Assembly: GCF_000006765.1 (NCBI RefSeq)
Contig: NC_002516.2
Length of the DNA stretch: 64,000 nucleotides
Reading direction: 5' to 3' (one strand)
Origin: Pseudomonas aeruginosa PAO1
GTDB taxonomy: Bacteria > Pseudomonadota > Gammaproteobacteria > Pseudomonadales > Pseudomonadaceae
The notes under the pieces were generated by a model, which saw only the letters and a program-made list of their open reading frames with translations, did no database searches and was not told the origin of the DNA. Positions 50,218 to 59,947 of this stretch are shown here, in pieces. The translations under genes were made by a program, and so were the position numbers. Position 1 is the stretch's first letter; each line of letters opens with the position of its first letter.

Positions 50218-51111
50218 ATGTCGATCCCCCGTTTGCCCCCGTTGAACGCTGTGCGCGCCTTCGAGGCCGCCGCCCGCCTGGGTAGCTACGTGGCGGCGGC
50301 GAAAGCCCTGCACGTAACCCAGCCGGCGGTCGGCCGGCATGTCCGGCTGCTGGAAGACTGGCTCGGCGCGCGTCTGTTCGAACGTACTTCGCGTGGCGTG
50401 CTGTTGACCCCGGCCGGGCGGCAGTACTACGCCGCGGTGTCCACCGCGTTGCAGCAGATCGCCGAGGCCGGCGGCCAGCTCAGTGGCGCGCGCTGGCTGC
50501 GGATCATGGCGGTGCCGGCGTTCTCCCGGCGCTGGCTGACGTCGCGCCTGGAAACCCTCTGCGCACAGCGGCCGGGGCTGAAGATCGCCCTCGAACCCAA
50601 TCCCACCTTCGACCACGTGGAGGAGCGCAGCGCCGACCTCGGTATCGTCTATGGCCTGCCGGGCCAGTACGCCAACCCGCGCGCGCTGCTGATCCGGCCC
50701 AAGGTGTTCCCGGTGTGTTCGCCGGCCTACCTGGCCGCCGCCGGGCCGCTGGAGTCGGCGGAGCAACTGGTCGCGCACAAGCTCATCCATGTCGACGACG
50801 GCGAGTGGTGGAACCTCTGGTTCTCCGCCATCGGGGTCGACGTCGAGGTCCGTCCGGCGGTGCTCTACCTGAGCAACGACCATGCCCTGGCGCGGGCCGA
50901 GGAGGGTCTCGGCATCGCCCTGGCCAACGAGGTGCTGGTCCGCCAGGAACTGCGCAGCGGCGCTCTGGTGCGGCCCCTGGCCGCCGAGGCGGCACTGGAG
51001 TGCTACCAGGTGCTGACCCCGCCCGGCACGCCCTCGGCGGACGTCGAGTGGTTCATCGGCTGGCTGGGCGAGGCCCTGCGCGAAGAGTTTCCGGACGCCG
51101 TGACGTCCTGA
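50218..51111 (+). CDS. LysR-family regulator (GcvA-like); PA0207-like
   Basis: 297 aa with LPPLNAVRAFEAAARLGSY...VTQPAVGRHVRLLE. Confidence 0.92.
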   Translation: MSIPRLPPLNAVRAFEAAARLGSYVAAAKALHVTQPAVGRHVRLLEDWLGARLFERTSRGVLLTPAGRQYYAAVSTALQQIAEAGGQLSGARWLRIMAVPAFSRRWLTSRLETLCAQRPGLKIALEPNPTFDHVEERSADLGIVYGLPGQYANPRALLIRPKVFPVCSPAYLAAAGPLESAEQLVAHKLIHVDDGEWWNLWFSAIGVDVEVRPAVLYLSNDHALARAEEGLGIALANEVLVRQELRSGALVRPLAAEAALECYQVLTPPGTPSADVEWFIGWLGEALREEFPDAVTS

Positions 51112-51129
51112 ACGCAGCGCCAGCGCTGC

Positions 51130-51152
51130 ATCGTTAACCCAAGCGTAACGAT
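51130..51152. promoter_or_regulatory. Candidate MdcR operator upstream of mdcA
   Basis: ATCGTTA-ACCCAAGCG-TAACGAT, a perfect 7-bp dyad containing T-N11-A, about 80 bp upstream of the mdcA ATG. Confidence 0.6.
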
Positions 51153-51231
51153 CATGGCGGCTGCTTGATTGAACAGGCCTGGCGGCCTGCCTAACGTGGC
51201 TCCTCACGACAGCGTGAAACCTGGAGCCGAC

Positions 51232-52896
51232 ATGACGACACCGATCTCTCCCCCGCCGCAGTGGTCGCGGCGCCGCCAGGAAAAGCAGCGGCGCCTCGAG
51301 CGCGTGCGCGGCCTGGCCGACGGCGCGGTGCTGCCGCGCGAAGGCCTGGTCGCCGCGCTGGAGGCGCTGATCGCGCCGGGCGATCGGGTGGTGCTGGAAG
51401 GCAACAACCAGAAGCAGGCGGATTTCCTCTCCCGTTCGCTGGCGCGGGTCGATCCCGGCAAGCTGCACGACCTGCACATGATCATGCCCAGCGTCGGCCG
51501 CCCGGAGCATCTCGACCTGTTCGAACTGGGCATCGCGCGCAAGCTCGACTTCTCCTTCTCCGGCCCGCAGAGCTTGCGCATCGGCCAGTTGCTCGAAGAC
51601 GGCCTGCTGGAGATCGGCGCGATCCACACCTACATCGAGCTGTACGCGCGGCTGGTGGTCGACCTGATCCCCAACGTGGCGCTGGTCGCCGGTTTCGTCG
51701 CCGACCGCGAAGGCAACGTGTACACCGGGCCGAGCACGGAAGACACCCCGGCGCTGGTGGAGCCCACCGCGTTCAGCGACGGCATCGTCATCGTCCAGGT
51801 CAACCGTATCGTCGACGACCCGCGCGACCTGCCGCGAGTGGATATCCCGGCGTCCTGGGTGGACTTCGTGGTCGAGGCCGACCAGCCGTTCTACATCGAG
51901 CCGCTGTTCACCCGCGACCCGCGCCACATCAAGCCGGTCCACGTGCTGATGGCGATGATGGCGATCCGCGGCATCTACCAGCGGCACAACGTGCAGTCGC
52001 TGAACCACGGCATCGGCTTCAACACCGCGGCCATCGAGCTGATCCTGCCGACCTACGGCGAGTCCCTCGGCCTGAAGGGCAAGATCTGCCGACACTGGAC
52101 CCTCAACCCGCACCCGACCCTTATCCCCGCCATCGAGAGCGGCTGGGTCGAGAGCGTGCACTGCTTCGGCACCGAGCTGGGCATGGAGGGCTACATCGCC
52201 CAGCGTCCCGACGTGTTCTTCACCGGTCGCGACGGCTCGCTGCGTTCCAATCGGATGTTCTGCCAACTGGCAGGACAATACGCCGTCGACCTGTTCATCG
52301 GCGCTACCCTCCAGGTCGACGGCGACGGCCATTCCTCCACCGTCACCCGCGGACGCCTGGCCGGTTTCGGCGGCGCCCCGAACATGGGCCACGACCCGCG
52401 CGGCCGGCGCCACTCGACGCCGGCCTGGCTGGACATGCGGGGCGAACCCGAGGCCTTGCTGGAGCGCGGCAGGAAGCTGGTGGTGCAGATGGTCGAGACC
52501 TTCCAGGACGGCGGCAAGCCGACCTTCGTCGAGCGCCTCGACGCGCTGGAGGTGGCGCGCCAGACCGGCATGCCGCTGGCGCCGGTGATGATCTATGGCG
52601 ACGACGTCACCCATGTGCTCACCGAGGAAGGCATCGCCTACCTGTACAAGGCGCGCTCCCTGGAGGAACGTCAGGCGATGATCGCGGCGGTGGCGGGGAT
52701 CAGTCCGATCGGCCTGCGCCACGATCCGCGCGAGACCCAGCGGATGCGCCGCGAAGGGCTGATCGCGCTGCCCGAGGACCTCGGCATCCGCCGCACCGAC
52801 GCCTCGCGCGAGCTGCTGGCGGCGAAGAGCATCGCCGAGCTGGTCGAGTGGTCCGGCGGGCTGTACCAGCCGCCGGCGCGTTTCAGGAGCTGGTGA
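51232..52896 (+). CDS. mdcA: Malonate decarboxylase alpha subunit
   Basis: 554 aa from ATG 51232 with [12 protein letters not shown] and [10 protein letters not shown] motifs. Confidence 0.96.
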   Translation: MTTPISPPPQWSRRRQEKQRRLERVRGLADGAVLPREGLVAALEALIAPGDRVVLEGNNQKQADFLSRSLARVDPGKLHDLHMIMPSVGRPEHLDLFELGIARKLDFSFSGPQSLRIGQLLEDGLLEIGAIHTYIELYARLVVDLIPNVALVAGFVADREGNVYTGPSTEDTPALVEPTAFSDGIVIVQVNRIVDDPRDLPRVDIPASWVDFVVEADQPFYIEPLFTRDPRHIKPVHVLMAMMAIRGIYQRHNVQSLNHGIGFNTAAIELILPTYGESLGLKGKICRHWTLNPHPTLIPAIESGWVESVHCFGTELGMEGYIAQRPDVFFTGRDGSLRSNRMFCQLAGQYAVDLFIGATLQVDGDGHSSTVTRGRLAGFGGAPNMGHDPRGRRHSTPAWLDMRGEPEALLERGRKLVVQMVETFQDGGKPTFVERLDALEVARQTGMPLAPVMIYGDDVTHVLTEEGIAYLYKARSLEERQAMIAAVAGISPIGLRHDPRETQRMRREGLIALPEDLGIRRTDASRELLAAKSIAELVEWSGGLYQPPARFRSW

Positions 52897-53777
52897 TGAA
52901 CGCCATCGCGAACCTCGCGGCGACGCCGGGCGCCGACCTCGGCGAATGCCTGGCCGACCTGGCGGTGGACGCCCTCATCGACGAAGCCGAACTGTCGCCC
53001 AAGCCGGCCCTGGTGGACCGCCGCGGCAATGGCGCGCATGCCGACCTGCACCTGGGCCTGATGCAGGCCTCGGCGCTGAGCCTGTGGCCGTGTTTCAAGG
53101 AAATGGCCGACGCCGCACAGCGGCATGGGCGCATCGATGCGCGCCTGCGCGGCGTCCTTGGCCAACTGGGGCGCGACGGCGAGGCGGCGATGCTGCGTAC
53201 CACCGAAGGCGTGAACACCCATCGCGGAGCGATCTGGGCGCTCGGCCTGCTGGTCGCGGCCGCCGCTCTCGAACCGCGCCGCACGCAGGCCGGCGAAGTG
53301 GCCGCGCGCGCAGGACGCATCGCCCTGCTCGACGATCCGGCGGCCGCCATCGGCGACAGCCACGGCGAGCGCGTCCGTCGGCGCTACGGCGTCGGCGGCG
53401 CCCGCGAGGAGGCGCGTCTCTGCTTCCCCCGCGCAGTGCGCCACGGCCTGCCGCAGCTATGGCGCAGCCGCGAAGGCGGCGCTGGCGAGCAGAACGCCAG
53501 GCTCGATGCGCTGCTGGCGATCATGAGCGTCCTCGACGATACCTGCGTGCTGCACCGCGCCGGCCGCGTCGGCCTCGCCGCGATGCAGGATGGCGCCCGC
53601 GCGGTGCTCGCCGCCGGCGGCAGCGCCAGTCTCGCCGGGCGTCGCCGCCTGTGCGAGCTGGACCGCCGCCTGCTGGCGCTGAACGCTTCGCCCGGCGGCG
53701 CCGCCGACCTGCTGGCCGCCTGTCTTTTCCTCGATCGCCTGCCCGCCGTGTCCGGTGGGTGGGCTGGGAGTCTCTGA
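52896..53777 (+). CDS. mdcB: Triphosphoribosyl-dephospho-CoA synthase (CitG family)
   Basis: 293 aa with [17 protein letters not shown] and [10 protein letters not shown] motifs. Confidence 0.93.
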   Translation: MNAIANLAATPGADLGECLADLAVDALIDEAELSPKPALVDRRGNGAHADLHLGLMQASALSLWPCFKEMADAAQRHGRIDARLRGVLGQLGRDGEAAMLRTTEGVNTHRGAIWALGLLVAAAALEPRRTQAGEVAARAGRIALLDDPAAAIGDSHGERVRRRYGVGGAREEARLCFPRAVRHGLPQLWRSREGGAGEQNARLDALLAIMSVLDDTCVLHRAGRVGLAAMQDGARAVLAAGGSASLAGRRRLCELDRRLLALNASPGGAADLLAACLFLDRLPAVSGGWAGSL

Positions 53778-53778
53778 G

Positions 53779-54078
53779 ATGGAAACCCTGACCTTCGAAT
53801 TTCCCGCCGGCGCTCCGGCGCGCGGTCGCGCCCTGGCCGGCTGTGTCGGCTCCGGCGACCTGGAGGTGCTGCTCGAGCCGGCCGCCGGAGGCGCGCTGAG
53901 CATCCAGGTGGTGACCTCGGTAAACGGCAGCGGCCCGCGCTGGCAACAACTCTTCGCGCGGGTCTTCGCGGCGTCCACGGCGCCGGCCGCGTCGATCCGC
54001 ATCCACGATTTCGGCGCCACTCCCGGGGTGGTCCGCCTGCGCCTGGAGCAGGCACTGGAGGAGGCTGGCCATGACTGA
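53779..54078 (+). CDS. mdcC: Malonate decarboxylase acyl carrier (delta) subunit
   Basis: 99 aa with GCVGSGDLEV (cofactor Ser) and DFGATPGVVRLRL. Confidence 0.95.
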   Translation: METLTFEFPAGAPARGRALAGCVGSGDLEVLLEPAAGGALSIQVVTSVNGSGPRWQQLFARVFAASTAPAASIRIHDFGATPGVVRLRLEQALEEAGHD

Positions 54079-54934
54079 CGTCGCCCGCCTGCTGGCGCTG
54101 CGCAGCTTCACCGAACTGGGAGCGCGCCAACGCGCCCGTGCCCTGCTTGACGCGGGCAGCTTCCGCGAGTTGCTCGATCCCTTCGCCGGCGTGCAGTCGC
54201 CCTGGCTGGAACGACAGGGCATCGTGCCCCAGGCCGACGATGGGGTAGTGGTCGCCCGTGGCCTCCTCGACGGCCAGCCGGCGGTGCTCGCCGCCATCGA
54301 AGGTGCTTTCCAGGGCGGCAGCCTTGGCGAAGTCAGCGGAGCGAAGATCGCCGGCGCGCTGGAGCTGGCCGCCGAGGACAATCGCAACGGCGTTCCGACC
54401 CGGGCCCTGCTGTTGCTGGAAACCGGTGGCGTGCGCCTGCAGGAAGCCAACCTCGGACTGGCGGCGATCGCCGAGATCCAGGCGGCCATCGTCGATCTGC
54501 AGCGCTACCAGCCGGTGGTGGCGGTGATTGCCGGGCCGGTCGGCTGCTTCGGCGGCATGTCCATCGCCGCCGGGCTGTGCAGCTACGTGCTGGTGACCCG
54601 CGAGGCGCGCCTCGGCTTGAACGGTCCGCAGGTGATCGAACAGGAGGCCGGCATCGCTGAATACGACTCGCGCGACCGGCCGTTCATCTGGAGCCTCACC
54701 GGCGGCGAGCAGCGCTTCGCCAGCGGTCTCGCCGACGCCTACCTGGCCGACGACCTCGATGAGGTACGCACCTCGGTACTCGCGTATTTCGCCAAGGGCC
54801 TGCCGGCACGGCCGCGCTGCCGCCGCGCCGAGGATTACCTGCGGCGGCTGGGCGACCTCGATACCGCCGAGCAACCGGATGCCGCCGGCGTGCGCCGGCT
54901 GTACCAGGGGCTGGGCCAAGGAGATGCAACATGA
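54071..54934 (+). CDS. mdcD: Malonate decarboxylase beta subunit
   Basis: 287 aa with ETGGVRLQEAN, GCFGGM and GLNGPQVIEQ. Confidence 0.95.
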   Translation: MTDVARLLALRSFTELGARQRARALLDAGSFRELLDPFAGVQSPWLERQGIVPQADDGVVVARGLLDGQPAVLAAIEGAFQGGSLGEVSGAKIAGALELAAEDNRNGVPTRALLLLETGGVRLQEANLGLAAIAEIQAAIVDLQRYQPVVAVIAGPVGCFGGMSIAAGLCSYVLVTREARLGLNGPQVIEQEAGIAEYDSRDRPFIWSLTGGEQRFASGLADAYLADDLDEVRTSVLAYFAKGLPARPRCRRAEDYLRRLGDLDTAEQPDAAGVRRLYQGLGQGDAT

Positions 54935-55737
54935 GCCAACCGTTCGCTTCCCGTGGCCTGGCCTGGTTCCAGGCGCTGGCCGGTAGCCTCGCGCCGCGTC
55001 CCGGCGATCCTGCTTCGTTGCGCGTCGCCGATGCCGAGCTGGACGGCTACCCGGTGCGTTTCCTGGCCGTCGTGCCCGATCCCGACAATCCGTTCCCGCG
55101 CGCTCGCCAGGGCGAGGTCGGGCTGCTCGAGGGCTGGGGCCTGGCCGCCGCCGTCGACGAGGCGCTGGAGGCCGACCGCGAGGCGCCACGCAAGCGCGCG
55201 CTGCTGGCCATCGTCGACGTGCCGAGCCAGGCCTACGGCCGCCGCGAGGAGGCCCTGGGTATCCACCAGGCGCTGGCCGGGGCGGTGGATGCCTACGCCC
55301 GCGCCCGACTCGCCGGGCATCCGCTGATCGGCCTGCTGGTGGGCAAGGCGATGTCCGGCGCGTTCCTCGCCCACGGCTACCAGGCCAACCGCCTGATCGC
55401 TTTGCACGATCCGGGGGTGATGGTCCACGCCATGGGCAAGGCCGCCGCCGCGCGGATCACCCTGCGCAGCGTCGAGGAACTGGAGGCGTTGGCGGCGAAG
55501 GTGCCGCCGATGGCCTACGACATCGACAGCTACGCGTCGCTCGGCCTGCTCTGGAGGACCCTTCCGGTGGAGACCGTCGAGGTGCCGTCGACGGCGGACC
55601 TGGTGCGGGTCCGCACCTGCCTGGGCGAGGCCCTGGCCGATATCCTCGGCGGCCCGCGCGACCTCGGCGGCCGCCTCGGCGCGGCCAACCGCGAGGCGTC
55701 GGCGCGGGTGCGCCGGCTGCTGCGCGAGCAGTGGTGA
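54931..55737 (+). CDS. mdcE: Malonate decarboxylase gamma subunit
   Basis: 268 aa with VDVPSQAYGRREE and GKAMSGAFLAHG. Confidence 0.95.
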   Translation: MSQPFASRGLAWFQALAGSLAPRPGDPASLRVADAELDGYPVRFLAVVPDPDNPFPRARQGEVGLLEGWGLAAAVDEALEADREAPRKRALLAIVDVPSQAYGRREEALGIHQALAGAVDAYARARLAGHPLIGLLVGKAMSGAFLAHGYQANRLIALHDPGVMVHAMGKAAAARITLRSVEELEALAAKVPPMAYDIDSYASLGLLWRTLPVETVEVPSTADLVRVRTCLGEALADILGGPRDLGGRLGAANREASARVRRLLREQW

Positions 55738-55812
55738 ATTCAGGAGCGAGCCGTGGTCATCGCGAACAGCTCACAGCGGGGCTCCAGCCGGCGACGGCTC
55801 GCTCCTGATCCG

Positions 55813-56445
55813 ATGCGTCGCAGGGCAGGGCCGGAACCCCATGACTTGCTCCTGGGCATGGCGCCGGCGCATTTGCCGGAGAATGCTCCGGCCTGGGTCT
55901 GCGCGGCACTGAAGGCCGGCTGGCCGGTGGTGGTGCGCCGTGCGCCGGCAGATCCCGCGCGGGTGGCCATCGGCGTGCGCGGCCTGGCGCGGGAGCAGCG
56001 CTGGGCCGGCTGGATGCCGTTGGCGGCAATCACCCGGCGCTTGCGCCCGGAAGCGCTGGGCCAGCGCGAGCCGGCGATGCTGCGCGATCTGCCGGCCTGG
56101 CGTGCCTTGCGCGACCTGCGTGCGCCGCTGAACGCGCTGGGACTGGCCTGGGGCGTGACCGGCGGCGCCGGTTTCGAGCTGGCCAGCGGGGTCGCCGTGC
56201 TGCATCCGGACAGCGACCTCGACCTGCTGCTGCGCACCCCGCGCCCGTTCCCGCGCGATGACGCGCTGCGCCTGCTGCAGTGCTTCGAGCAGTGTCCCTG
56301 CCGGATCGACCTGCAACTGCAGACCCCGGCGGGCGGCGTGGCCCTGCGCGAATGGGCCGAGGGTCGGCCCCGGGTGCTGGCGAAAGGCAGCGAGGCGCCG
56401 CTGTTGCTGGAAGACCCCTGGCGGATCGCGGAGGTCGAGGCATGA
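55813..56445 (+). CDS. mdcG: Phosphoribosyl-dephospho-CoA transferase (holo-ACP synthase)
   Basis: About 210 aa (start uncertain; GTG 55753 possible) with PHDLL, WGVTGGAGFELASG and DSDLDL. Confidence 0.9.
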   Translation: MRRRAGPEPHDLLLGMAPAHLPENAPAWVCAALKAGWPVVVRRAPADPARVAIGVRGLAREQRWAGWMPLAAITRRLRPEALGQREPAMLRDLPAWRALRDLRAPLNALGLAWGVTGGAGFELASGVAVLHPDSDLDLLLRTPRPFPRDDALRLLQCFEQCPCRIDLQLQTPAGGVALREWAEGRPRVLAKGSEAPLLLEDPWRIAEVEA

Positions 56446-57374
56446 GCGTGCTGTTCGCCTATCCCGGCCAGGGCGCCCAACGTCCCGGCATGCTCGCGGC
56501 CTTGCCCGACGAACCGCCGGTGCGCGCCTGCCTGGAGCAGGCGGCGGACTGTCTCGGCCAGGCGCCGGCCGAACTGGAGAGCGCCGAGGCCTTGCGCGGC
56601 ACCCGCGCGGTGCAGTTGTGCCTGCTGATCGCCGGGGTCGCCGCCAGCCGCCTGCTGGAGACGCGCGGGCATCGGCCGGGGCTGGTCGCCGGGCTGTCCA
56701 TCGGCGCCTATCCGGCGGCGGTGGTAGCCGGCGCGCTGGACTTCGACGACGCGCTGCGTCTGGTGGCGCTGCGTGGCGAACTGATGCAGGCCGCCTGGCC
56801 CGAGGGCTACGGGATGAGCGCCATCCTCGGTCTCGAACAGGCGCAACTGGAAGCGCTGATCCTGGCGGTGCGGCGCGAGCACCCGCCGCTCTACCTGGCC
56901 AACGTCAACGCCGAGCGGCAACTGGTGGTGGCCGGCAGCGAAGCGGCTCTGGCCGCCCTCGCCGAACGCGCCCGTGCCGCCGGCGCCAGCGCGGCGAAGC
57001 GCCTGGCGGTGAGCGTACCGTCGCACTGTGCGCTGCTCGACGAACCGGCCGCGCGCCTGGCCGAAGCCTTCGCCGGCATCCGCCTGCATCGGCCGCGCGT
57101 GCCCTACCTGAGCAGCAGCCGGGCGCGCCTGGTCGCCGAACCGGCCGCGCTGGCCGACGATCTCGCCGGCAACATGGCGCGCCGCGTCGAGTGGCTGGCG
57201 ACATTGCGCAGCGCCTACGAGCGCGGTGCCCGCCTGCATCTCGAGCTGCCGCCGGGACGGGTCCTCAGCGGTCTGGCGCGGCCTCTGTTCGGCTGCGCCA
57301 CGCCGGCCTTCGAAGGCTCCCGGGCGGATACCCTGGACGCGCTGTTGCGCGAGGAGGAAAAGAGAACCCGATAA
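56442..57374 (+). CDS. mdcH: Malonyl-CoA:ACP transacylase
   Basis: 310 aa with FAYPGQGAQ, GLSIG nucleophile and VPSHC. Confidence 0.93.
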   Translation: MSVLFAYPGQGAQRPGMLAALPDEPPVRACLEQAADCLGQAPAELESAEALRGTRAVQLCLLIAGVAASRLLETRGHRPGLVAGLSIGAYPAAVVAGALDFDDALRLVALRGELMQAAWPEGYGMSAILGLEQAQLEALILAVRREHPPLYLANVNAERQLVVAGSEAALAALAERARAAGASAAKRLAVSVPSHCALLDEPAARLAEAFAGIRLHRPRVPYLSSSRARLVAEPAALADDLAGNMARRVEWLATLRSAYERGARLHLELPPGRVLSGLARPLFGCATPAFEGSRADTLDALLREEEKRTR

Positions 57375-57430
57375 GCGTTCGTTCGAGGCATAAAAACAAC
57401 AACATCGATCCGCAACCGAGGACAACAATA

Positions 57431-57835
57431 ATGATTATCTACGGTGTCGCACTGCTGTCTCTGTGTACCCTCGCCGGGCTGTTCATCGGCGAGATCCTTG
57501 GCGTGCTGCTCGGCGTGCCGGCCAACGTCGGTGGCGTCGGCATCGCCATGCTGCTGCTGATCTTCGTCGGCAGCTACCTGGGCAAGCGTGGCCTGCTCTC
57601 GGCGAAGACCGAGCAGGGCGTGGAGTTCTGGAGCGCGGTCTACATTCCCATCGTGGTCGCCATGGCCGCCCAGCAGAATGTCCTCGGCGCGCTGAGCGGC
57701 GGGCCGGCCGCTATCCTCGCCGGCATCGCCGCGGTCGCCGTGGCCTTCGCCCTGGTCCCGCTGCTCGACCGCTTCGGCCGGAAGAAAGCCGAAGGCGCCC
57801 GGCCATTGAAACCGCGCACCAGCGTGCAGGGGTGA
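57431..57835 (+). CDS. madL: Malonate transporter subunit MadL
   Basis: 134 aa with MIIYGVALL, ANVGGVGIAM and YIPIVVAMAAQQNV. Confidence 0.93.
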   Translation: MIIYGVALLSLCTLAGLFIGEILGVLLGVPANVGGVGIAMLLLIFVGSYLGKRGLLSAKTEQGVEFWSAVYIPIVVAMAAQQNVLGALSGGPAAILAGIAAVAVAFALVPLLDRFGRKKAEGARPLKPRTSVQG

Positions 57836-57840
57836 GCGCC

Positions 57841-58605
57841 ATGTTCGAGTCCCTGAACAAAGTCATCAATGGCTACGGCCTGATCAGCGGCTTCGCCATC
57901 ATCGGCGTGACCATGGCGGTGTCCTACTGGTTGTCGGCGCGCCTCACCCGCGGGCGCCTGCACGGCTCGGCGATCGCGATCTTCCTCGGCCTGGTGCTGT
58001 CCTACGTCGGCGGCGTCGCCACCGGCGGGCAGAAAGGATTGGTGGACGTGCCCCTGATGTCCGGTATCGGCCTGCTGGGTGGCGCCATGCTGCGCGACTT
58101 CGCCATCGTCGCCACGGCCTTCGGGGTGAATGTCGAGGAACTGCGTCGGGCAGGGGTTTCCGGGGTGGTGTCGCTGTTCCTCGGGGTCGGTTCGTCGTTC
58201 GTCGCCGGGGTCGCGGTGGCCATGGCGTTCGGCTACACCGATGCGGTCAGCCTGACCACCATCGGCGCCGGCGCGGTCACCTACATCGTCGGACCGGTGA
58301 CCGGCGCCGCCCTGGGGGCCAGCTCCGAGGTGATGGCGCTGAGCATCGCCGCCGGGCTGGTGAAGGCGATCCTGGTGATGGTCCTGACGCCTTTCGTCGC
58401 GCCCTACATCGGCCTGAACAATCCACGTACGGCGGTGATCTTCGGTGGTCTCATGGGCACCTCCAGTGGCGTCGCCGGCGGCCTCGCCGCCACCGACCCG
58501 AAGCTGGTGCCCTACGGTTGCCTGACCGCGGCGTTCTATACCGCCATCGGTTGTCTGCTGGGGCCGTCGCTGCTGTATTTCAGCGTGCGCGGCCTGGTTG
58601 GGTGA
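57841..58605 (+). CDS. madM: Malonate transporter subunit MadM
   Basis: 254 aa with LHGSAIAI, GGAMLRDFAIV and LVPYGCLTAAFYT. Confidence 0.93.
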   Translation: MFESLNKVINGYGLISGFAIIGVTMAVSYWLSARLTRGRLHGSAIAIFLGLVLSYVGGVATGGQKGLVDVPLMSGIGLLGGAMLRDFAIVATAFGVNVEELRRAGVSGVVSLFLGVGSSFVAGVAVAMAFGYTDAVSLTTIGAGAVTYIVGPVTGAALGASSEVMALSIAAGLVKAILVMVLTPFVAPYIGLNNPRTAVIFGGLMGTSSGVAGGLAATDPKLVPYGCLTAAFYTAIGCLLGPSLLYFSVRGLVG

Positions 58606-58622
58606 GCGGGCTGGTCCGGGCT

Positions 58623-58644
58623 CCCTCTCCCTGAAGGGCGAGGG
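58623..58644. repeat. CCCTCTCCC-family hairpin, copy 4
   Basis: CCCTCTCCC-TGAA-GGGCGAGGG between the convergent madM and mdcR genes. Confidence 0.65.
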
Positions 58645-58689
58645 TTGGTCAGAGGTCAGCGGGCCAGCGGTAATGTGGACTTCCGTCCG

Positions 58690-59619
58690 CTATCCCGCCG
58701 CCTCCTGCTCCAGGCGCAGGCTGTACATCCGGCACTCCGCGAGCAACGCCAGCAGGTTCGGGTCGCGCTCCTTGGCCTTGAGGAACACCACGCCGATGTG
58801 CTGCTGCAGGCGATAGCGCGGTTGCAGCGGGATCAGCCGCACGCGGTTCTCGTAGACCGCCTCGATGCGTTTGGGCAGCAGCGCATGGCCGACCCCCGAG
58901 CTGACCATGCTGAGGAGGGTGAAGATGTCGTTCACCTGCATCGCGATCTGCGGTTCGAAGCCGGCCTGCTGGAACACCCGGGTGCCGTCCTGATGGGTGG
59001 CGAAGCCCTGGGTGAGCGTGACGAAGGGCGTGTCGCGCAGGGTGCTGAGATCGATCTCGGCGAGCCTGGCGTAGGGCGAGTCCACCGGCACGGCGAGGAA
59101 GATGTCATCGGAGAACAGCGGCAGGTGCTCGCAGTCGGGATCGCTGACGCTGTCGTTGAGCGACACCAGGATGGCGTCCAGCTCCATGTTCTTCAGCTGG
59201 TAGAACAGGTCGACGTTGGAGCCGAGGATCAGGTCGATATTCAGCGCGCTGCGTCGCAGCTTGAGGCCCATGATCAGTTGCGGCACGGTCTTCACCGTCA
59301 GCGAATAGAGCGCGCCGAGCTTGAAGCGCTCGGCGGAGAAGCCGGCCGCCTCGCGGGTCAGGCGCACCGTGTCGAGTACCTCCTGGACCAGCTTCTGCGC
59401 GCGCTCCTCGAGCACGTAGGCGCTTTCCAGCGGGGTCAGGTTGCGTCCCTCGTGCTTGAACAGCGGGCAGCGCAGGGCGCTTTCCAGCGAGTGGATGGCG
59501 CGGTGCACGCTGACGTTGCTGGTGCCCAGTTCCGCCGCCGCGCGCGCCAGGTTGCCGGTGCGCATGAAGGCGAGGAAGGTTTCCAGCTTCTTGAGGGTGA
59601 TTTCTTCGTCGATCAGCAT
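58690..59619 (-). CDS. mdcR: LysR-family malonate regulator MdcR
   Basis: 309 aa with MLIDEEITLKKLETFLAF...SNVSVHRAIHSLE; adjacent to mdc/mad. Confidence 0.88.
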   Translation of the reverse strand: MLIDEEITLKKLETFLAFMRTGNLARAAAELGTSNVSVHRAIHSLESALRCPLFKHEGRNLTPLESAYVLEERAQKLVQEVLDTVRLTREAAGFSAERFKLGALYSLTVKTVPQLIMGLKLRRSALNIDLILGSNVDLFYQLKNMELDAILVSLNDSVSDPDCEHLPLFSDDIFLAVPVDSPYARLAEIDLSTLRDTPFVTLTQGFATHQDGTRVFQQAGFEPQIAMQVNDIFTLLSMVSSGVGHALLPKRIEAVYENRVRLIPLQPRYRLQQHIGVVFLKAKERDPNLLALLAECRMYSLRLEQEAAG

Positions 59620-59947
59620 CCGCGTTCCCCTGGCCGGTGGCGTCGGGGGATTGTGCCTGAGGCGGCGCGGGAGGGGTAAAAAGGGCCGTCATGTCCTAGC
59701 GCGTGGCGGAGCATGACGGCCTGGAAACGCCTTGGGGAAGGCGGAGTTGCACTGACCGGATGGAATCCCGCTTCGGCAGCCTGAGCCGCCGATAGGCTAA
59801 CGGAACTCAGCGGATGGAGCGGATGGTGCGCCGGACCGGGGTGGTCCGGAGCGCCGGCCACCCTAGCAACGGAGGCTTTTTGCCACAGTCATCGGATTCG
59901 TCTTTGTCAGAAAGAAAGTTCCTCTTGGAATGTCGGAAAGCTGAGGG

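Noticed and set aside
56691-56705. GLSIG instead of GHSxG in the acyltransferase MdcH
   Set aside because: As I recall this variant is typical of the MdcH subfamily, and the nucleophile Ser is intact.
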